A DNA stretch of 64,000 nucleotides, from the IMG/VR virus record IMGVR_UViG_3300037067_011504, positions 1-64,000 of that record. One strand, written 5' to 3'. The notes under the pieces are model-generated. The model saw nothing but the letters and a program-made list of their open reading frames with translations, was not told the DNA's origin and ran no database searches. Shown piece after piece: positions 22,101-31,468 of this stretch. Made by a program: the position numbers and the translations under genes. This DNA comes from a virus (lineage: Duplodnaviria; Caudoviricetes). The number at the start of each line of letters is the position of its first letter. The stretch's first letter is position 1.

Positions 22101-25100
22101 ATCATGATGGTACAACAAGGACATACAGAAATGATAACATAAGACCTATCATGTATGAATCGGAGAAGATAGATACATATAATCAAAGGACATTTGGTAT
22201 GGGATTCCTTGGGATGATATCGACATCAAGAAAGAATAATCCACGATATATACAGTTTATCTATCCTAATGAAAGACAGACACCATTTGGTGTTGACATA
22301 AATGTTCTTAAACCTGATAAGCTTATCAAAGCAATAGAAGCAACGATAACACAGATGGTAAACAGAAATGCAGAAAAAGAAAAAGATGTTGAGAATTATA
22401 ACTCTGATAGCGTAGTAGGTTTCGAAGTATTGCGTGAAGTAATAGGAGATAGAAAGATAAGTGAGATAAAGAAGAATGAGATACCAGGTATAGCAAAGAA
22501 GATATATAACATCCTTGATAAGAAGTCATATACATTAACTGATAATATCATTAAGAGTCGTATGCCATTAGATAGTTCATTACCAAAAAGAGATATGTTA
22601 AATAAACTTATCGATAAAGAACTTTATCCGGAATGGTCAACGAAAGTATTTCCTGTTAACAGAGGTGGTTATCTATCTCCTTCACAGACATGGGATCAGT
22701 TTGAAGCGATACATAAAGATAAAGGGATAACAAGAGAGAATGCATATAGCAAAGGATTTCAAAGAGAATATAATATAAAGAATGAACATCTCCAGCCATT
22801 GGTATCATTATTCTATATTAATAACTATGTTAATGGTTATCATTTTGCACAACTTGCTGCAGGTGATCTTGCATCATTTAAAGATAGTGATAATCTTTCT
22901 GACCGGTTATCATTAGCTTTTAGTCCTGGTAAGACAGGATTAGTGAATGATAAGTATGGTATGAGGGCAAAGGCAAGAATAGCAGTGATAGATGATCCTG
23001 TTAATGATATTAAGACTGTAGAGGATTTCCTTAAGACATTGCTTAAAGAAGAAGATGTTGCTGATGTGCTTAAGCTATTTGATCCGGAAGGATCTATGCC
23101 AGCTGACTCACAGGGATTCATGTTACCGGAAAGACGTGATGATATAAACTATGGGTTTGGTGATGATATGGGATCAGTACTTAAACCATCATATTATAGT
23201 TATGACATTGATGGTATCGCAAGAGCAATAAAATACTCGTCTGTAGTACTTACTGATGATCTTTGTGACAGACATCCGGCATTAAGCCTGTTACGTAATA
23301 AGATGCGTAAGAAAAATATTGATGAGGTGATATTCAATAGTGCTTTGAAGTTAGGTAATCCTATTGTTAAGAATGACTGGTATAAACTTACCGATGCTTC
23401 GCAAGATATTGATATAGATGACTTGTCAGTATTTGATATTGATAACAGGGATTTCCGTATACAGCTTGATCCTGCAGCTAAGTTAGATGCTAAGGTATCA
23501 CATCCTACACAACTATCATATATGTTACGTTTATATGGTATCAATGATGAGCAGGCAATAGGGATATATAACTCTATAAGTAAGATTATAGAGAGTAATC
23601 AAAAAACATTATCTGAATGGACAAGTGGTAAATCATTTGTTAATATACTCAAGAATTTTACTAATAAGAAAGGACAGGAGAATCTCTATGATCTTCTCAT
23701 GAGTGGTATAAATCATAATTTTCCTTCAATAGCTGACAGGTCATTGGTGCATTATATATCATCAGTATTTAAAAAAGCAGTTAAGGTTGTATATAATGGA
23801 TCAAAACTTGTTCTACAAACAGCAAAAGGTATTGAGAAGAATTATAAGGATATTAAACTACCTGATCATCTACAAAGAGAATTACAATATAAGAAAGATA
23901 AGAATGGTAGATTATATGCTGAATGTATTATACCGGAGGGCATGCTCCCAGCAGACATAGAGAATAAAATAAAAGAATATCTTAAGAAAGATTCTGAACC
24001 GGAAGATTTGTTTATGTTTCTTGGGCAGGAGTCAAAAGATATGATAGGATTTCGTATACCATCATCCGACTTACATAGTGCAGTAGCAATAAAGGTAGCA
24101 GGGTTCTATGACTCAAAAGGAACAAATATAATCGTTGCTCCTGAGATGTTGATACCAATAACAGGATCAGACTTTGATATAGATTCATTGTTTGTTATTA
24201 AGAGGTCATATGTAAAAGCATATAGTAAGACAATACCTGTAGGATATATAAAGAAAGGAGACAAGTATGTTTTTGATGGTGATGCATCATTTCTTAATAA
24301 CGTTGACAATAAGTTATTAAGAGAGGTAACAGAAGCATATTATACTAATGCTATCATGGAGGGATTCATTAATATCATCACTGATGAGAAAAACATCAAG
24401 AGGATGTTATCGCCTATATCATTCGTGAAGCTTAAAGGAGAAAAAGACAGGATGATAAAAGCTACACGTCAACAGAAGAAGAAAAGAGATATATCAGATA
24501 CCATACAGGCGCAGGAGATACATAATGATATATTTACAGGAGAGGTAGCTATTGGTATGTTCATGAACATGGTTAAAGGTTTCGCATTCCTTCACAAGGC
24601 AGAGAAAGGTGCTAAGATAACTCATCTTAAAGAGACAGCATCAGGGACAGATGATAATATAAAGAGTCCTGTTAGAATCTCATTCAATGATAGGTTATAT
24701 AATGAAATGACAGATATTGATGAAGCAGGAGAAGAAGTAGGATTCAGGTTTGATTCATTGGGTAACGCTGCACTAGATAACAGGAAACAACATATATTAT
24801 CATTTCTTAATATAAGCAGGGAGACATTAAGACCATACTCTATATTGGTTATGCATGGTGTAAAGACAGAGACGATAAATAATTTTATATCGCAACCCAT
24901 ATTAAGAAGTCTGTCTAAGTATGGTTATGGTGAAGGTAACAGGATAAAGAAGAGTATAGAGGAATTAGTAACACAGAATGAGATTGATACTGTAGAGACA
25001 TTCTATGATACAGAGATGGAGAAATATCTTAAGTATACTCCGGAGGATATAGATGTTATTCTTTCGAAAGATAAGATAACGCCAACAGAGAGGAAGTTTC

Positions 25101-28100
25101 TAATATATCAGGCAAGGGTGTATGATATGTATACTGATCTTAATAAGATAGGTAATGACATAGCATCATTATCAAAGATAACAAATGTGAATCGTAAGTT
25201 TCCAAATTCTGTAGATGCCATGGAGACTATATTGTCATCTGCCAAGAAGATAATGGGTATACCTGAGAGTGGCAAGATAACAGATACACCTAATGACGAT
25301 AAGAGTGACTTTCCTTATTACGTATCTAATTTCTGGACAGCAAACCCTCATGTATATAGTGCTCTTAAGTCAATGCAATGGACAGTAGATAATATTAACC
25401 AGGAATATATATCATATGGTAAACAGTTCAGGTCAATAGCTAATAAGGTATATAACAATACTAAGCTTAAGCTTGATCAACAGTTAGACATAAGTAAGAA
25501 GAAGATACGTGATGAATTCACCAAGTTTCTTATGTCAACTCTTATCGACAGGAAGGATATAGATCCGGTAACTATAACTGTAAGAGGAGAACAGATAGTA
25601 CTTACCGACATAGCTGCATTTAACAGGTCATTCATCGATCTTATCAAACAGGCTAAGAAAGATGATTACATGAAGAAGATAATGTCACAGAATAAGAGTA
25701 AAGAAGAGAGATATAATGGTAATATATTTCTTAATACATTATCATTTGCATCTGATGCTGAGACAGGACAAGAAAAGATAATATTTCATGGTCCGGCAAC
25801 GATGGACATAGGTGATCTTAACTTATTTCGTGAGTCATTTGAGGAGATGAATAATTTCGATTATGTAAAGAAGAATGGTGTATATGAACAGGTAAAGAAA
25901 GATACGGATGGTTATTCACAGTTCCAGAAGATGTTTGTCACATATGCCATGCTTAACTATGGTATGAACTTTGGTCTTCGTAACTATTCAATAATACTCC
26001 CTGGTGATATATATAAAGAGGAGAGTGATAAACTTGTGGCATTGATGGCAGATATAAATAATCTTAAGACAAATGAGATAAATAATGTAGTTAATGTTTT
26101 CGAGGCACAACTGATAAGTAACTTTCCTGAGAGTGCTCAATCAGAAAGGATAACTATAAAACCACATGCTAAGACTATCGTTGATCCAAAGACGAAGAAA
26201 TGGATGGACATAAAATATGGTAAGAATCCTGATGGGATATATTATGACAGGTGGTTTGAGAGTGAGATAGTACGTACATGGCCCAAGTATCATGTTGAAT
26301 CATTTGGTAAGAAGTTCAAGATATTTAAGCGTACATCACCAGAGGAAGGATTAGCAGTATATTATACAAGGATAGGGACGAAGAACAGGATACCTATATA
26401 TAGCATACATTCATTACAAGACATGAAAGAGTATGATGAAGATGAGGCATTCAATCAGAAGATACTTCATGTCAAAGGGAGGGTTACTAAGAGTGGGTTA
26501 TTTGAAAGTAAGGCATATGATCTTACTATGGGAGATAAGATAAGTATAACAGATTATAGTGATGCAGCTAAGATATATCCTGTTACTTATGAAGTCATTG
26601 AGAAGAAGGCATCTGGTATATATAAGGTTAAGCCGTCTGTTCCTATACGTGATAAAGGATATTATGATAAACCAGATGGTGAAGCACAAAGATTATATGA
26701 TACAATAACAAAACGACTAAGGAGTAAAGAAGGACCATTTAGAGCTGGTAAGATGGGAAGGATATACTTCAGGAAGAACCTTGAAGGAAAGGGTAGGTTA
26801 TTACGTCAACAACTGAATAAGGAGATATTTGCAGGATATAATGTAATTAAGGAGAGGGTGACAGCATCCGGATGGCAGGTATATATTGATATGGATACAA
26901 TAAAAGAATATTTGTTTGGTGAACAACTTAATCTATTTGATAAAGGATATAAAGAATCAGAAAGTAAAAGAGATATTGTAAGTATATTATTTAATCAGGC
27001 AGTAGACAATAATATATATTGGAACGAATTCCAGGAATCATTACAAAGCATAGATGAGAATATTGAAGATAAGATAAATGAACTAAGTGCATTATATGAT
27101 GGTAAGACAGTGGATCAGCTTCTTAATGATATAGAAGGTGATGAAGATACTTCTTCATTCGAGAAGATGATAATACGATGGATGAGACCATATCTTAAGA
27201 ATCTTAAACCGGAATTTGTTGGTAACAGGAAATTAAAAGATGGTAGACTAGGAGAGTTCTTATCTACCGGACAGTTCTCATTAGATTATAATCAGTTAGC
27301 AGAGAGAGATAAGACACAATATGATATAGATAGGATCATACTTCATGAGTTGATGCATGGATTGACTATCATACAGTTTAAAGGAGATAGTAAGTTTAGA
27401 GCAGAGTTGAAAGAAAAGATCAGACTGCTTAAGAAAGGTAATCCAGCATTGGCAGAGGAATATTCTTATGCTTTCTCAGATGAAGAAGAGTTTATATCAG
27501 AACTATTTACTAATGAGAAGTTTTTTAACGCATTAAACTATATTAAGATACCTTTAAAAGAGAAGAATATATTAAGGATAATAGGTGAATGGATAATGTC
27601 ATGGTTTAAGAAAGGTGCTGATATACGTACCGGTGACAGATTGATGTCATGGATAAAGAATAATATAACTCCATTAGAATATATTAAAACAGAAGAGATA
27701 GAAATATTATCGAGAGGATATGAAGATGAAGAAATGAATAAGATAATAGACCAGGGATTGAAATATATCGTACCAATAAATGATAAAGGAGAGGAAGAAG
27801 ATCATTATATAGATATAGATGATAAAGGGAAAATATTTAAAAGAGTAACAGATATATATAATGGCTGGGCATCATATTTTCGTAAAAAAGGAGACAGGAA
27901 AACATTTGGTGAGAGAGAGGCTGATTCGGTATGGAAGTATACAGAGAAGAATATTCCAAAAACAATAGATGGTAAGGAAGAGACATACGATCAATACAAA
28001 GAACGTATGGACAAGGTGATGATTGAAGCATCTACCAGAGCAAGAATAATCCACTTAATCGATCAACGGTTTATTGATAGATTATTTAATAATAGTCATA

Positions 28101-31100
28101 ATCAAGGACTGATAAATAGCAAGATACAATTACTTGCATATAAAGATTATAATATTATTGATAGCGAAGGAAAAACATATACTATAAACATTAATGTTGA
28201 TCCGGAAAAGATGAACTGGTATGAAGAGAATATTGAGAAGATATATAAGATTCATGGAATAAACATATTTGATAACTGTAGTGCCGATCTGAAAGATATA
28301 TTAGCATCAGAAGTAACAGTAGCATCAGAGGAGTTAGGTATAGCAGGTACGATAGATAAGCTTATAAAGCATGCTGATGGTACATATTCTATAAAAGATA
28401 TCAATACAGGATCTAACTTCGATAATACATTATCTAATAGATTGTTTAATTATGGTGATCAAAATAGACAGTTGATAGATAAGCCAAGGGATAGGAAGAA
28501 GTTACAGATAATGACATATGCCTTCATGTTGAAAGCGAATAATCCTGATATCAAGTTCCGTAATCTTGATGTGATGTGGATACCTAATAGTTTCCAGGCT
28601 ACTCATTTTGATAATATGCGTAAGGTAGAGGTTGATGACTTTCTTAACATGATGAAAGCGTTTTTACAGGATAAGGTAGCACTTAAAGAAGTAGGGATAG
28701 ATGAAGAAGTATATGAAACATTGGTAAGTAAATCAAAAGATATATTTAACGTAACTCATTATACTCATGGATATACTCTTAAAGAGGAAGGATTAGATAT
28801 TGTTGATGAGACAATAATAGCCGAGAAGCTTGCTGATGATCTTATAGTTAGTGGTGATCCGCCTCATATAGTGGCAGAGAAGAAGATTAATGAGTTAAGA
28901 AAGATAATAGGTAAAGCTCCGGTTATAATTAATATAGGGAAGAATAAGTATGAGAATCTATCTAAGACTGATCGTGTAAGAGCAAGGATGCTTACTTCAC
29001 AGATACTTCAACTGATAAAGGATCCTCAGACTACATTATATATGAATCCTGAAAATGATGTATCACTAGTCACTCAATGGATAGGTAACTACTATGATAT
29101 AAATAATCCTTATGTTAAGGTATGGAAACAGTTTAGGAATAAACAGGAAGATATTGCTAAGAAAAAACATTATGATTTGTTTAATGAGTTTCAATCATAT
29201 CTTAAGCCGGTGACAGATGAATATTATGCAAAACATCCCACATTAAGTAAGGGATGGCTTAATAACCTTAACTATAAAAAACTATATTCATTTGCATATA
29301 TGGAGTTTGATAATAACGGATCAACACAAGAGAGGTTAATAACAGAGAACGACACAGAGAAATGGAACGTATTAACAGATAAACAAAGAAGACTATTATC
29401 ATTTATAAATAAGATATATGCATCATACTTTGGTAAGGGATCATATACTGATGAGGTAGCTACATATGTACCAGAACATGGACAATTGAATCCTATATCA
29501 GTGATAGATCTATTTAATAAGGGTACTGATGATGTACGTAAGTTTAGATATATCCCAGGGTTCTTTCCTAAGATACCAAAAGAAGATTCTGAACATATAT
29601 TTGACTTTGGAGAAGGCAGTTATCTTAAAGGCTTATTCAGTAAAGGATATTTCAAACAAGCAGCACATGAGAGCTTCACATTCTATCTTGAGAACCAGTA
29701 TGAAGGCAGACAACATGCTAATATGGTATTGCCATTAAAATATATGGGTAGTTTCCAGATAGATAATAAGAGAGATTATTCACGTAATATCGAGTTTCAG
29801 TTTGACAGATTCATAAAGAGTATAGAATATAAGAAAGCTATGGATCCTGTATACGCATTTGGAGAGAGTGTAAGAGGTTATCTTGATCTGCAGAATGATA
29901 AAGATCAACCTATGTATACAAACACTGTTAAGATGCTTGAGATGAAACTTACACAAGATGTACTTGGCAGAACGATAAGGAAGAGATTGGTACGTAAACC
30001 TATTAAATGGTTTGGTAAGGAATATGAAGATAGAGAGGTTAAGGCTGATGCAGTATTTATCCTTATGAGAAGATGGGTATCGGCTACCACCATGTGGCTT
30101 AAACCATTTACGGGTACAGCGAATGGTGTACATGCTAACTACCTTAAACATAAAGATGGATTAAAAGGTACTATAGCAAATAAGATATTTGGGATAGATA
30201 ATGATGCAATTGATTATACTCTTTCTGATAGTCTTGCTGCAGATAAAGTATATTTTACTGAACATATAGTAAATGCCATGACTGGTAAGATAAGACAAGA
30301 TAAGACATGGTTATTACTTAAGAAACTTCATTACCTACCTGATAACTTTGATTTCATGTCATCTGAGAAGTATTTATTATCATTACGTAACAGGATGATA
30401 TCAGAGAGTACGATGTATACTTTTCATAGGATACCTGAAGAGTTTGTTGCTATGACAACAATGATAGCACAACTTAAACATCTTAAACATCCTACTATTA
30501 AGAAGAATGGTAAGAAAGTCAGCTTATGGGATCTATATGAAGTAGAGAAAGATGCAAATGGTATATATGACATAGTATGGAGAGGTGGATCGAGAGGTAA
30601 GATAAAGAAAGGATCAGGAAAAGAAGTGACATACGAAGATATGAAAGAGTTGCTTCCAAAAGAGATAGTTAAGTTAAAACGTGTTTATGAACGTATGCAA
30701 GGTGGTTACAGAAAAGAAGAGGCAGCAGCATTGGAAGTATATGTTCTCGGAAAAGTATTCATACAGCTGAAGAAGTACGCACCACGTCTATTACTTAATG
30801 CGTTTCAGAGTAAACGATGGGAAGATGATCTTGGTATGCTTAAAGCAACAGGAGAGAGACATGAAGAAGAAGATGTATACGAATGGATGGAAAGACTTAA
30901 TGAAGGACGATTCAGGATACTTGGTAAGTTCTTATTCTCTACTATGATGATGGGAAGTGGGAACAGGGAATATAAATGGAGTAACATGCCACCGGAATTC
31001 AAACAACATATCATTGATGCATGTCTCACATTGGGTATATGGGCAACATCATATACAGCATATCTTAATATGTTTGGTGATGATAAGGATGATGATACAC

Positions 31101-31444
31101 TTAAACGTATGTGGAAGATGTATCTATTACAGAACCTTAGTCAACAGTATAATCCTATTGAGTTACTTAAATTAACTAAACAGATGTTAGAACCTGTAGC
31201 ACTTACTAAGGCTATTGATACGTTTACAGCTATGGGGACACTTATGGCAGCAGGATTCGATGCAGGAGTACATGGTGATGCAGAGTTGTTATTTACTGAT
31301 AAGGGTGATCTTAAGGGATGGAATAATCTCAGAAAAGCATTGCCAGGATTAGCAAGTTATACGGATGCTATCAAGAGGATAGAAAACTTCGGTGATATAG
31401 ATGTACAGTTTAGTCGTGTAGCTTCATTTGGGAAATATAGATAA
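13130..31444 (+). CDS. giant virion RNA polymerase polyprotein (6104 aa)
   Basis: GFRIPS...GSDFDIDSL catalytic loop (DFDID at 24170-24184) as in crAss-like vRNAPs. Also an SF1 helicase Walker A GNAGTGKT (16859), HEVFH (20105), HELMH (27344), a PD-(D/E)xK-like domain (~28300-28560) and N-terminal hydrophobic helices. Confidence 0.92.
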   Translation: MGKKQGTKTFADMMEGIEQPISANNVPEQYTPFISGNEPTKKNPLEGFNMNFPDPYRSKQYVDQGGKYFIGTPQTAFTSSVKGENQPWPSKLLNGLIGNTIAVSTKVNTAVGEIGGGLFDLLTMPIPGVTEERKKQYGTATPHLFENFYTEFIKHVENDIVKDKLFPVYGGQAYNTDNLISQMGDMKLWSSDLADAVAFTVAAYTPVAALSKVSTLMKLGKNASKIFQTIATSGWNTVQEASLEAQQGLQDIRETLSADMFKSTYAGLSKEQQAEVNQKAGSHAANIFNTNLAILAGPNLIQARFFIGPVKSSKSRLMKGVLSGKVTKESIGVAKSVLKQSGLGIVSEGAWEEGSQQAVQDYEKNRALGMEYDNRLGGYAYQWLNNFYTTEGQKSMFLGAIVGGGMGARSGIVDARADRKFVEEYSNKYQDALKNRFPLYDNVLPNNIKHFLKSYNKETTDKDGNKAIGKTVLNERGEIEPDVYKMGKLFAGSMQQKSLFSNLAMANLNMDEVHEKFFVNEGLLQMFYKYMSDPIFDDSNIAFDTMMEREGIKALSEDEELSKLGFDYNDLSVQLHKMKTEWDNIHKKLYSRKDLDNTDQENEFKRNVVKGILYERMKLHVLDDIEQIVEDKDQLDPIRDDARKYIDMYEDKSERNKLFEEYTKETSARIDLIKQLKDQYVKDPASVDTKKLEYLIEEESMINGSPVTNDRFSLIQRPEDKTGEFGLRNQYYLNIGMDAIAGARLQSAINNVQDSNGTLKEAVDILTKEKYDVRKEDIQAVKNLIPIERKRVESNRYTSDMFNADISALYSKQAGGEMTGEEVRIASQELEKQLEESDIIVNDMEDAIDRLNAIDPKSDGKGLLNYMDGMPRHITDDYSFMRKVADVPINEADDLIKTVRANPDSYDKVRKVEELIERLNDRKNIYKKTELKQRLDNKAFKGYIKSIDDILKIIKKEILPVAEKNYTEKQNTDSRHQVNRNHKRFEGLGMTISDIDEVIPTDSDIYNAIISIIGNDELKKILASAKEASELGNEYSFNEIFVDRIIASIKQKEKEKKTEGSFKRLIESKYNTGTTEIENLYMSYQTKATKSDREMIKKYKRNPKKLFKTVIEFIVGYKRLNTSEKFAIDRYYINNDILEFRDNISNETDIGYTGLTKEQILSFINKHIQVEALQDIISDFDNDYDIKKQIKAENDAYIEMKKAPTNQQVTVIRSAVKWALSPLKRVFETDKKYHRFKTWLFIRGNAGTGKTQFVMKFLTRCLSVKSNEIFAVAPHQNAADMIDKSLVTSNKTTLIKDLTVDSISNDIKFVLIDEVAALTNPELIALSNTLQAINEKRQVPFRVIAFGDPSQASAQEEGTTKSFDPVINRNMTDGIEYLEVTDPLTVRHRSIIPEINELLDIYEGNDRIVAGLTVYASNMIGYESIGVHAGTLSDMDTQLKVHNSNGKTKAIVVFSNKEKANMISRHPDMTDNVYTYTEVAGQEFGEVYVDLSRNQFRDNSEFNKAFYTSISRSQQYIFFNDKGGTFNNQAKQSIKDKYDKGDYQKEQSKIFDARKKEYEKRLEFDNNVLSGIKTRKKEEKVVIKKGTESAEEDQYIPSETEDVTGKEEPDSNANMEKIEQKITSSAFKHILAFPSYIGSKFIRAKGNTSKLLPNSEVIYVKTEDKTNEHKYTIHILGQLYDNNNQPLNNRYAHLGIVSEEELASDFGQKLMSNYEKSFNKEGEELFNTITIDRTSDVVNLTNSKGEEYTKTILATGKLALAQPLTYKYSDKITYKGEGFIDKVIDLFSHRYLDRAKEKASYSIVIYTNNNKPAERFAGVPYLIIEPVSKKGLKKDKQYISLNPRNISSGNRHIKVLRSFTEEITKLEEYVGSKLGISPFNEMITMFSRNFHIEGDDITFAGKNLLFEEYNNLAKRGFVIPLDKKQFNHVAETIEPIIKGLYSKDKIKKRIKNEDEMKKLYKLDENNKSDDAIYEFRPATRKDKEGNIIDKGYGYVYKFSLANKEDKGTYEYEDGLKIGGGEAQVSLNVIAKANHYVNSKSIRVKTKKRRTETGALMKTATYVTTAKSLLDTNEYSEGYYRMVRELFKENNINIFYDVTFKDGSTRKVEDRYITDDNIEAVENYLIDEGIKTREELDELKNSFITEPITSDRLRDISMFDGDEHPELRTPLEKDGKWGINTLGEDIEANKEILEQLLQTNIEDILQTDIHVAVDENTAIDNEPEISEEKKEKDLGKKSKEVASRIFKGIRKKLLSGIPILGKRIYESDIIKIIRKSIPGIGKEGVVFLEKQMIDRLADEEAWGLYEDGIIYLAKNDDGTVYENIARHEVFHKIYNEYLTAKERKEIDDMAQKEFKDYDKFSSIEELLAVKYHEWKRGRLEKISDYFKNLFKRIMAFLGIYENNIDSINDLFYKIENGFVDYRYSKGDNTRRLMKDIKKEFGTINNYIESCDYVLAMLGEYRENGINGIPSERGEIIDEIIRDTINRIDTLRKLLRTSDEPAYRYELDRLLMITKNMKDIVNDLFPGFNNYADGLYRSTIEEEELESIIDEMDEDEVVNLNKHIIENSKLNSEVDISDDIREFISYIKNDDGEFVSWRYAYIKLLGMLEGVNLEDDNFIDQILEKFKVAETDKGVSRHDMNTNETAVFKTLQTLKNIIDTNTYKAVRLPMTVRFVSGDTFFYSNKSVEDVNSISDARVLSGEVSYTKKNKGESSKDFFNRITKLSDISKEKIIQIYKKEQARLILARLTSHFNSHRQRDPKIGTIKSSFGGHEVKYFDAKGNAVTTGVRSAIASQIANKFQEKTDIEKFINGPLRKWNDAYYKDPLSFVKDFFRYIGLSEYSGSLKNKSMSMIMGDINAFFTTASQEMNKPQQSEKDDEVSDTIDNNEVDNTVSIGKILSDEGSGMLTRLTAAVSLMDNLSRILSSQDGKGHKRYNAVLSTQIHKKIFGLINSRNIHGVGDNKFINIRSVFNNKFFQKNIFINGLNKIYSIIDHDGTTRTYRNDNIRPIMYESEKIDTYNQRTFGMGFLGMISTSRKNNPRYIQFIYPNERQTPFGVDINVLKPDKLIKAIEATITQMVNRNAEKEKDVENYNSDSVVGFEVLREVIGDRKISEIKKNEIPGIAKKIYNILDKKSYTLTDNIIKSRMPLDSSLPKRDMLNKLIDKELYPEWSTKVFPVNRGGYLSPSQTWDQFEAIHKDKGITRENAYSKGFQREYNIKNEHLQPLVSLFYINNYVNGYHFAQLAAGDLASFKDSDNLSDRLSLAFSPGKTGLVNDKYGMRAKARIAVIDDPVNDIKTVEDFLKTLLKEEDVADVLKLFDPEGSMPADSQGFMLPERRDDINYGFGDDMGSVLKPSYYSYDIDGIARAIKYSSVVLTDDLCDRHPALSLLRNKMRKKNIDEVIFNSALKLGNPIVKNDWYKLTDASQDIDIDDLSVFDIDNRDFRIQLDPAAKLDAKVSHPTQLSYMLRLYGINDEQAIGIYNSISKIIESNQKTLSEWTSGKSFVNILKNFTNKKGQENLYDLLMSGINHNFPSIADRSLVHYISSVFKKAVKVVYNGSKLVLQTAKGIEKNYKDIKLPDHLQRELQYKKDKNGRLYAECIIPEGMLPADIENKIKEYLKKDSEPEDLFMFLGQESKDMIGFRIPSSDLHSAVAIKVAGFYDSKGTNIIVAPEMLIPITGSDFDIDSLFVIKRSYVKAYSKTIPVGYIKKGDKYVFDGDASFLNNVDNKLLREVTEAYYTNAIMEGFINIITDEKNIKRMLSPISFVKLKGEKDRMIKATRQQKKKRDISDTIQAQEIHNDIFTGEVAIGMFMNMVKGFAFLHKAEKGAKITHLKETASGTDDNIKSPVRISFNDRLYNEMTDIDEAGEEVGFRFDSLGNAALDNRKQHILSFLNISRETLRPYSILVMHGVKTETINNFISQPILRSLSKYGYGEGNRIKKSIEELVTQNEIDTVETFYDTEMEKYLKYTPEDIDVILSKDKITPTERKFLIYQARVYDMYTDLNKIGNDIASLSKITNVNRKFPNSVDAMETILSSAKKIMGIPESGKITDTPNDDKSDFPYYVSNFWTANPHVYSALKSMQWTVDNINQEYISYGKQFRSIANKVYNNTKLKLDQQLDISKKKIRDEFTKFLMSTLIDRKDIDPVTITVRGEQIVLTDIAAFNRSFIDLIKQAKKDDYMKKIMSQNKSKEERYNGNIFLNTLSFASDAETGQEKIIFHGPATMDIGDLNLFRESFEEMNNFDYVKKNGVYEQVKKDTDGYSQFQKMFVTYAMLNYGMNFGLRNYSIILPGDIYKEESDKLVALMADINNLKTNEINNVVNVFEAQLISNFPESAQSERITIKPHAKTIVDPKTKKWMDIKYGKNPDGIYYDRWFESEIVRTWPKYHVESFGKKFKIFKRTSPEEGLAVYYTRIGTKNRIPIYSIHSLQDMKEYDEDEAFNQKILHVKGRVTKSGLFESKAYDLTMGDKISITDYSDAAKIYPVTYEVIEKKASGIYKVKPSVPIRDKGYYDKPDGEAQRLYDTITKRLRSKEGPFRAGKMGRIYFRKNLEGKGRLLRQQLNKEIFAGYNVIKERVTASGWQVYIDMDTIKEYLFGEQLNLFDKGYKESESKRDIVSILFNQAVDNNIYWNEFQESLQSIDENIEDKINELSALYDGKTVDQLLNDIEGDEDTSSFEKMIIRWMRPYLKNLKPEFVGNRKLKDGRLGEFLSTGQFSLDYNQLAERDKTQYDIDRIILHELMHGLTIIQFKGDSKFRAELKEKIRLLKKGNPALAEEYSYAFSDEEEFISELFTNEKFFNALNYIKIPLKEKNILRIIGEWIMSWFKKGADIRTGDRLMSWIKNNITPLEYIKTEEIEILSRGYEDEEMNKIIDQGLKYIVPINDKGEEEDHYIDIDDKGKIFKRVTDIYNGWASYFRKKGDRKTFGEREADSVWKYTEKNIPKTIDGKEETYDQYKERMDKVMIEASTRARIIHLIDQRFIDRLFNNSHNQGLINSKIQLLAYKDYNIIDSEGKTYTININVDPEKMNWYEENIEKIYKIHGINIFDNCSADLKDILASEVTVASEELGIAGTIDKLIKHADGTYSIKDINTGSNFDNTLSNRLFNYGDQNRQLIDKPRDRKKLQIMTYAFMLKANNPDIKFRNLDVMWIPNSFQATHFDNMRKVEVDDFLNMMKAFLQDKVALKEVGIDEEVYETLVSKSKDIFNVTHYTHGYTLKEEGLDIVDETIIAEKLADDLIVSGDPPHIVAEKKINELRKIIGKAPVIINIGKNKYENLSKTDRVRARMLTSQILQLIKDPQTTLYMNPENDVSLVTQWIGNYYDINNPYVKVWKQFRNKQEDIAKKKHYDLFNEFQSYLKPVTDEYYAKHPTLSKGWLNNLNYKKLYSFAYMEFDNNGSTQERLITENDTEKWNVLTDKQRRLLSFINKIYASYFGKGSYTDEVATYVPEHGQLNPISVIDLFNKGTDDVRKFRYIPGFFPKIPKEDSEHIFDFGEGSYLKGLFSKGYFKQAAHESFTFYLENQYEGRQHANMVLPLKYMGSFQIDNKRDYSRNIEFQFDRFIKSIEYKKAMDPVYAFGESVRGYLDLQNDKDQPMYTNTVKMLEMKLTQDVLGRTIRKRLVRKPIKWFGKEYEDREVKADAVFILMRRWVSATTMWLKPFTGTANGVHANYLKHKDGLKGTIANKIFGIDNDAIDYTLSDSLAADKVYFTEHIVNAMTGKIRQDKTWLLLKKLHYLPDNFDFMSSEKYLLSLRNRMISESTMYTFHRIPEEFVAMTTMIAQLKHLKHPTIKKNGKKVSLWDLYEVEKDANGIYDIVWRGGSRGKIKKGSGKEVTYEDMKELLPKEIVKLKRVYERMQGGYRKEEAAALEVYVLGKVFIQLKKYAPRLLLNAFQSKRWEDDLGMLKATGERHEEEDVYEWMERLNEGRFRILGKFLFSTMMMGSGNREYKWSNMPPEFKQHIIDACLTLGIWATSYTAYLNMFGDDKDDDTLKRMWKMYLLQNLSQQYNPIELLKLTKQMLEPVALTKAIDTFTAMGTLMAAGFDAGVHGDAELLFTDKGDLKGWNNLRKALPGLASYTDAIKRIENFGDIDVQFSRVASFGKYR

Positions 31445-31468
31445 TAGGCTTAATAAATAATAGTAGTT

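Noticed and set aside
5182-31175. Many 60-170-aa antisense or alternate-frame ORFs inside the muzzle, cargo and RNAP genes
   Set aside because: Shadow ORFs from strong codon bias (Ser/Ile/Leu-rich, no motifs), fully nested in well-supported genes.
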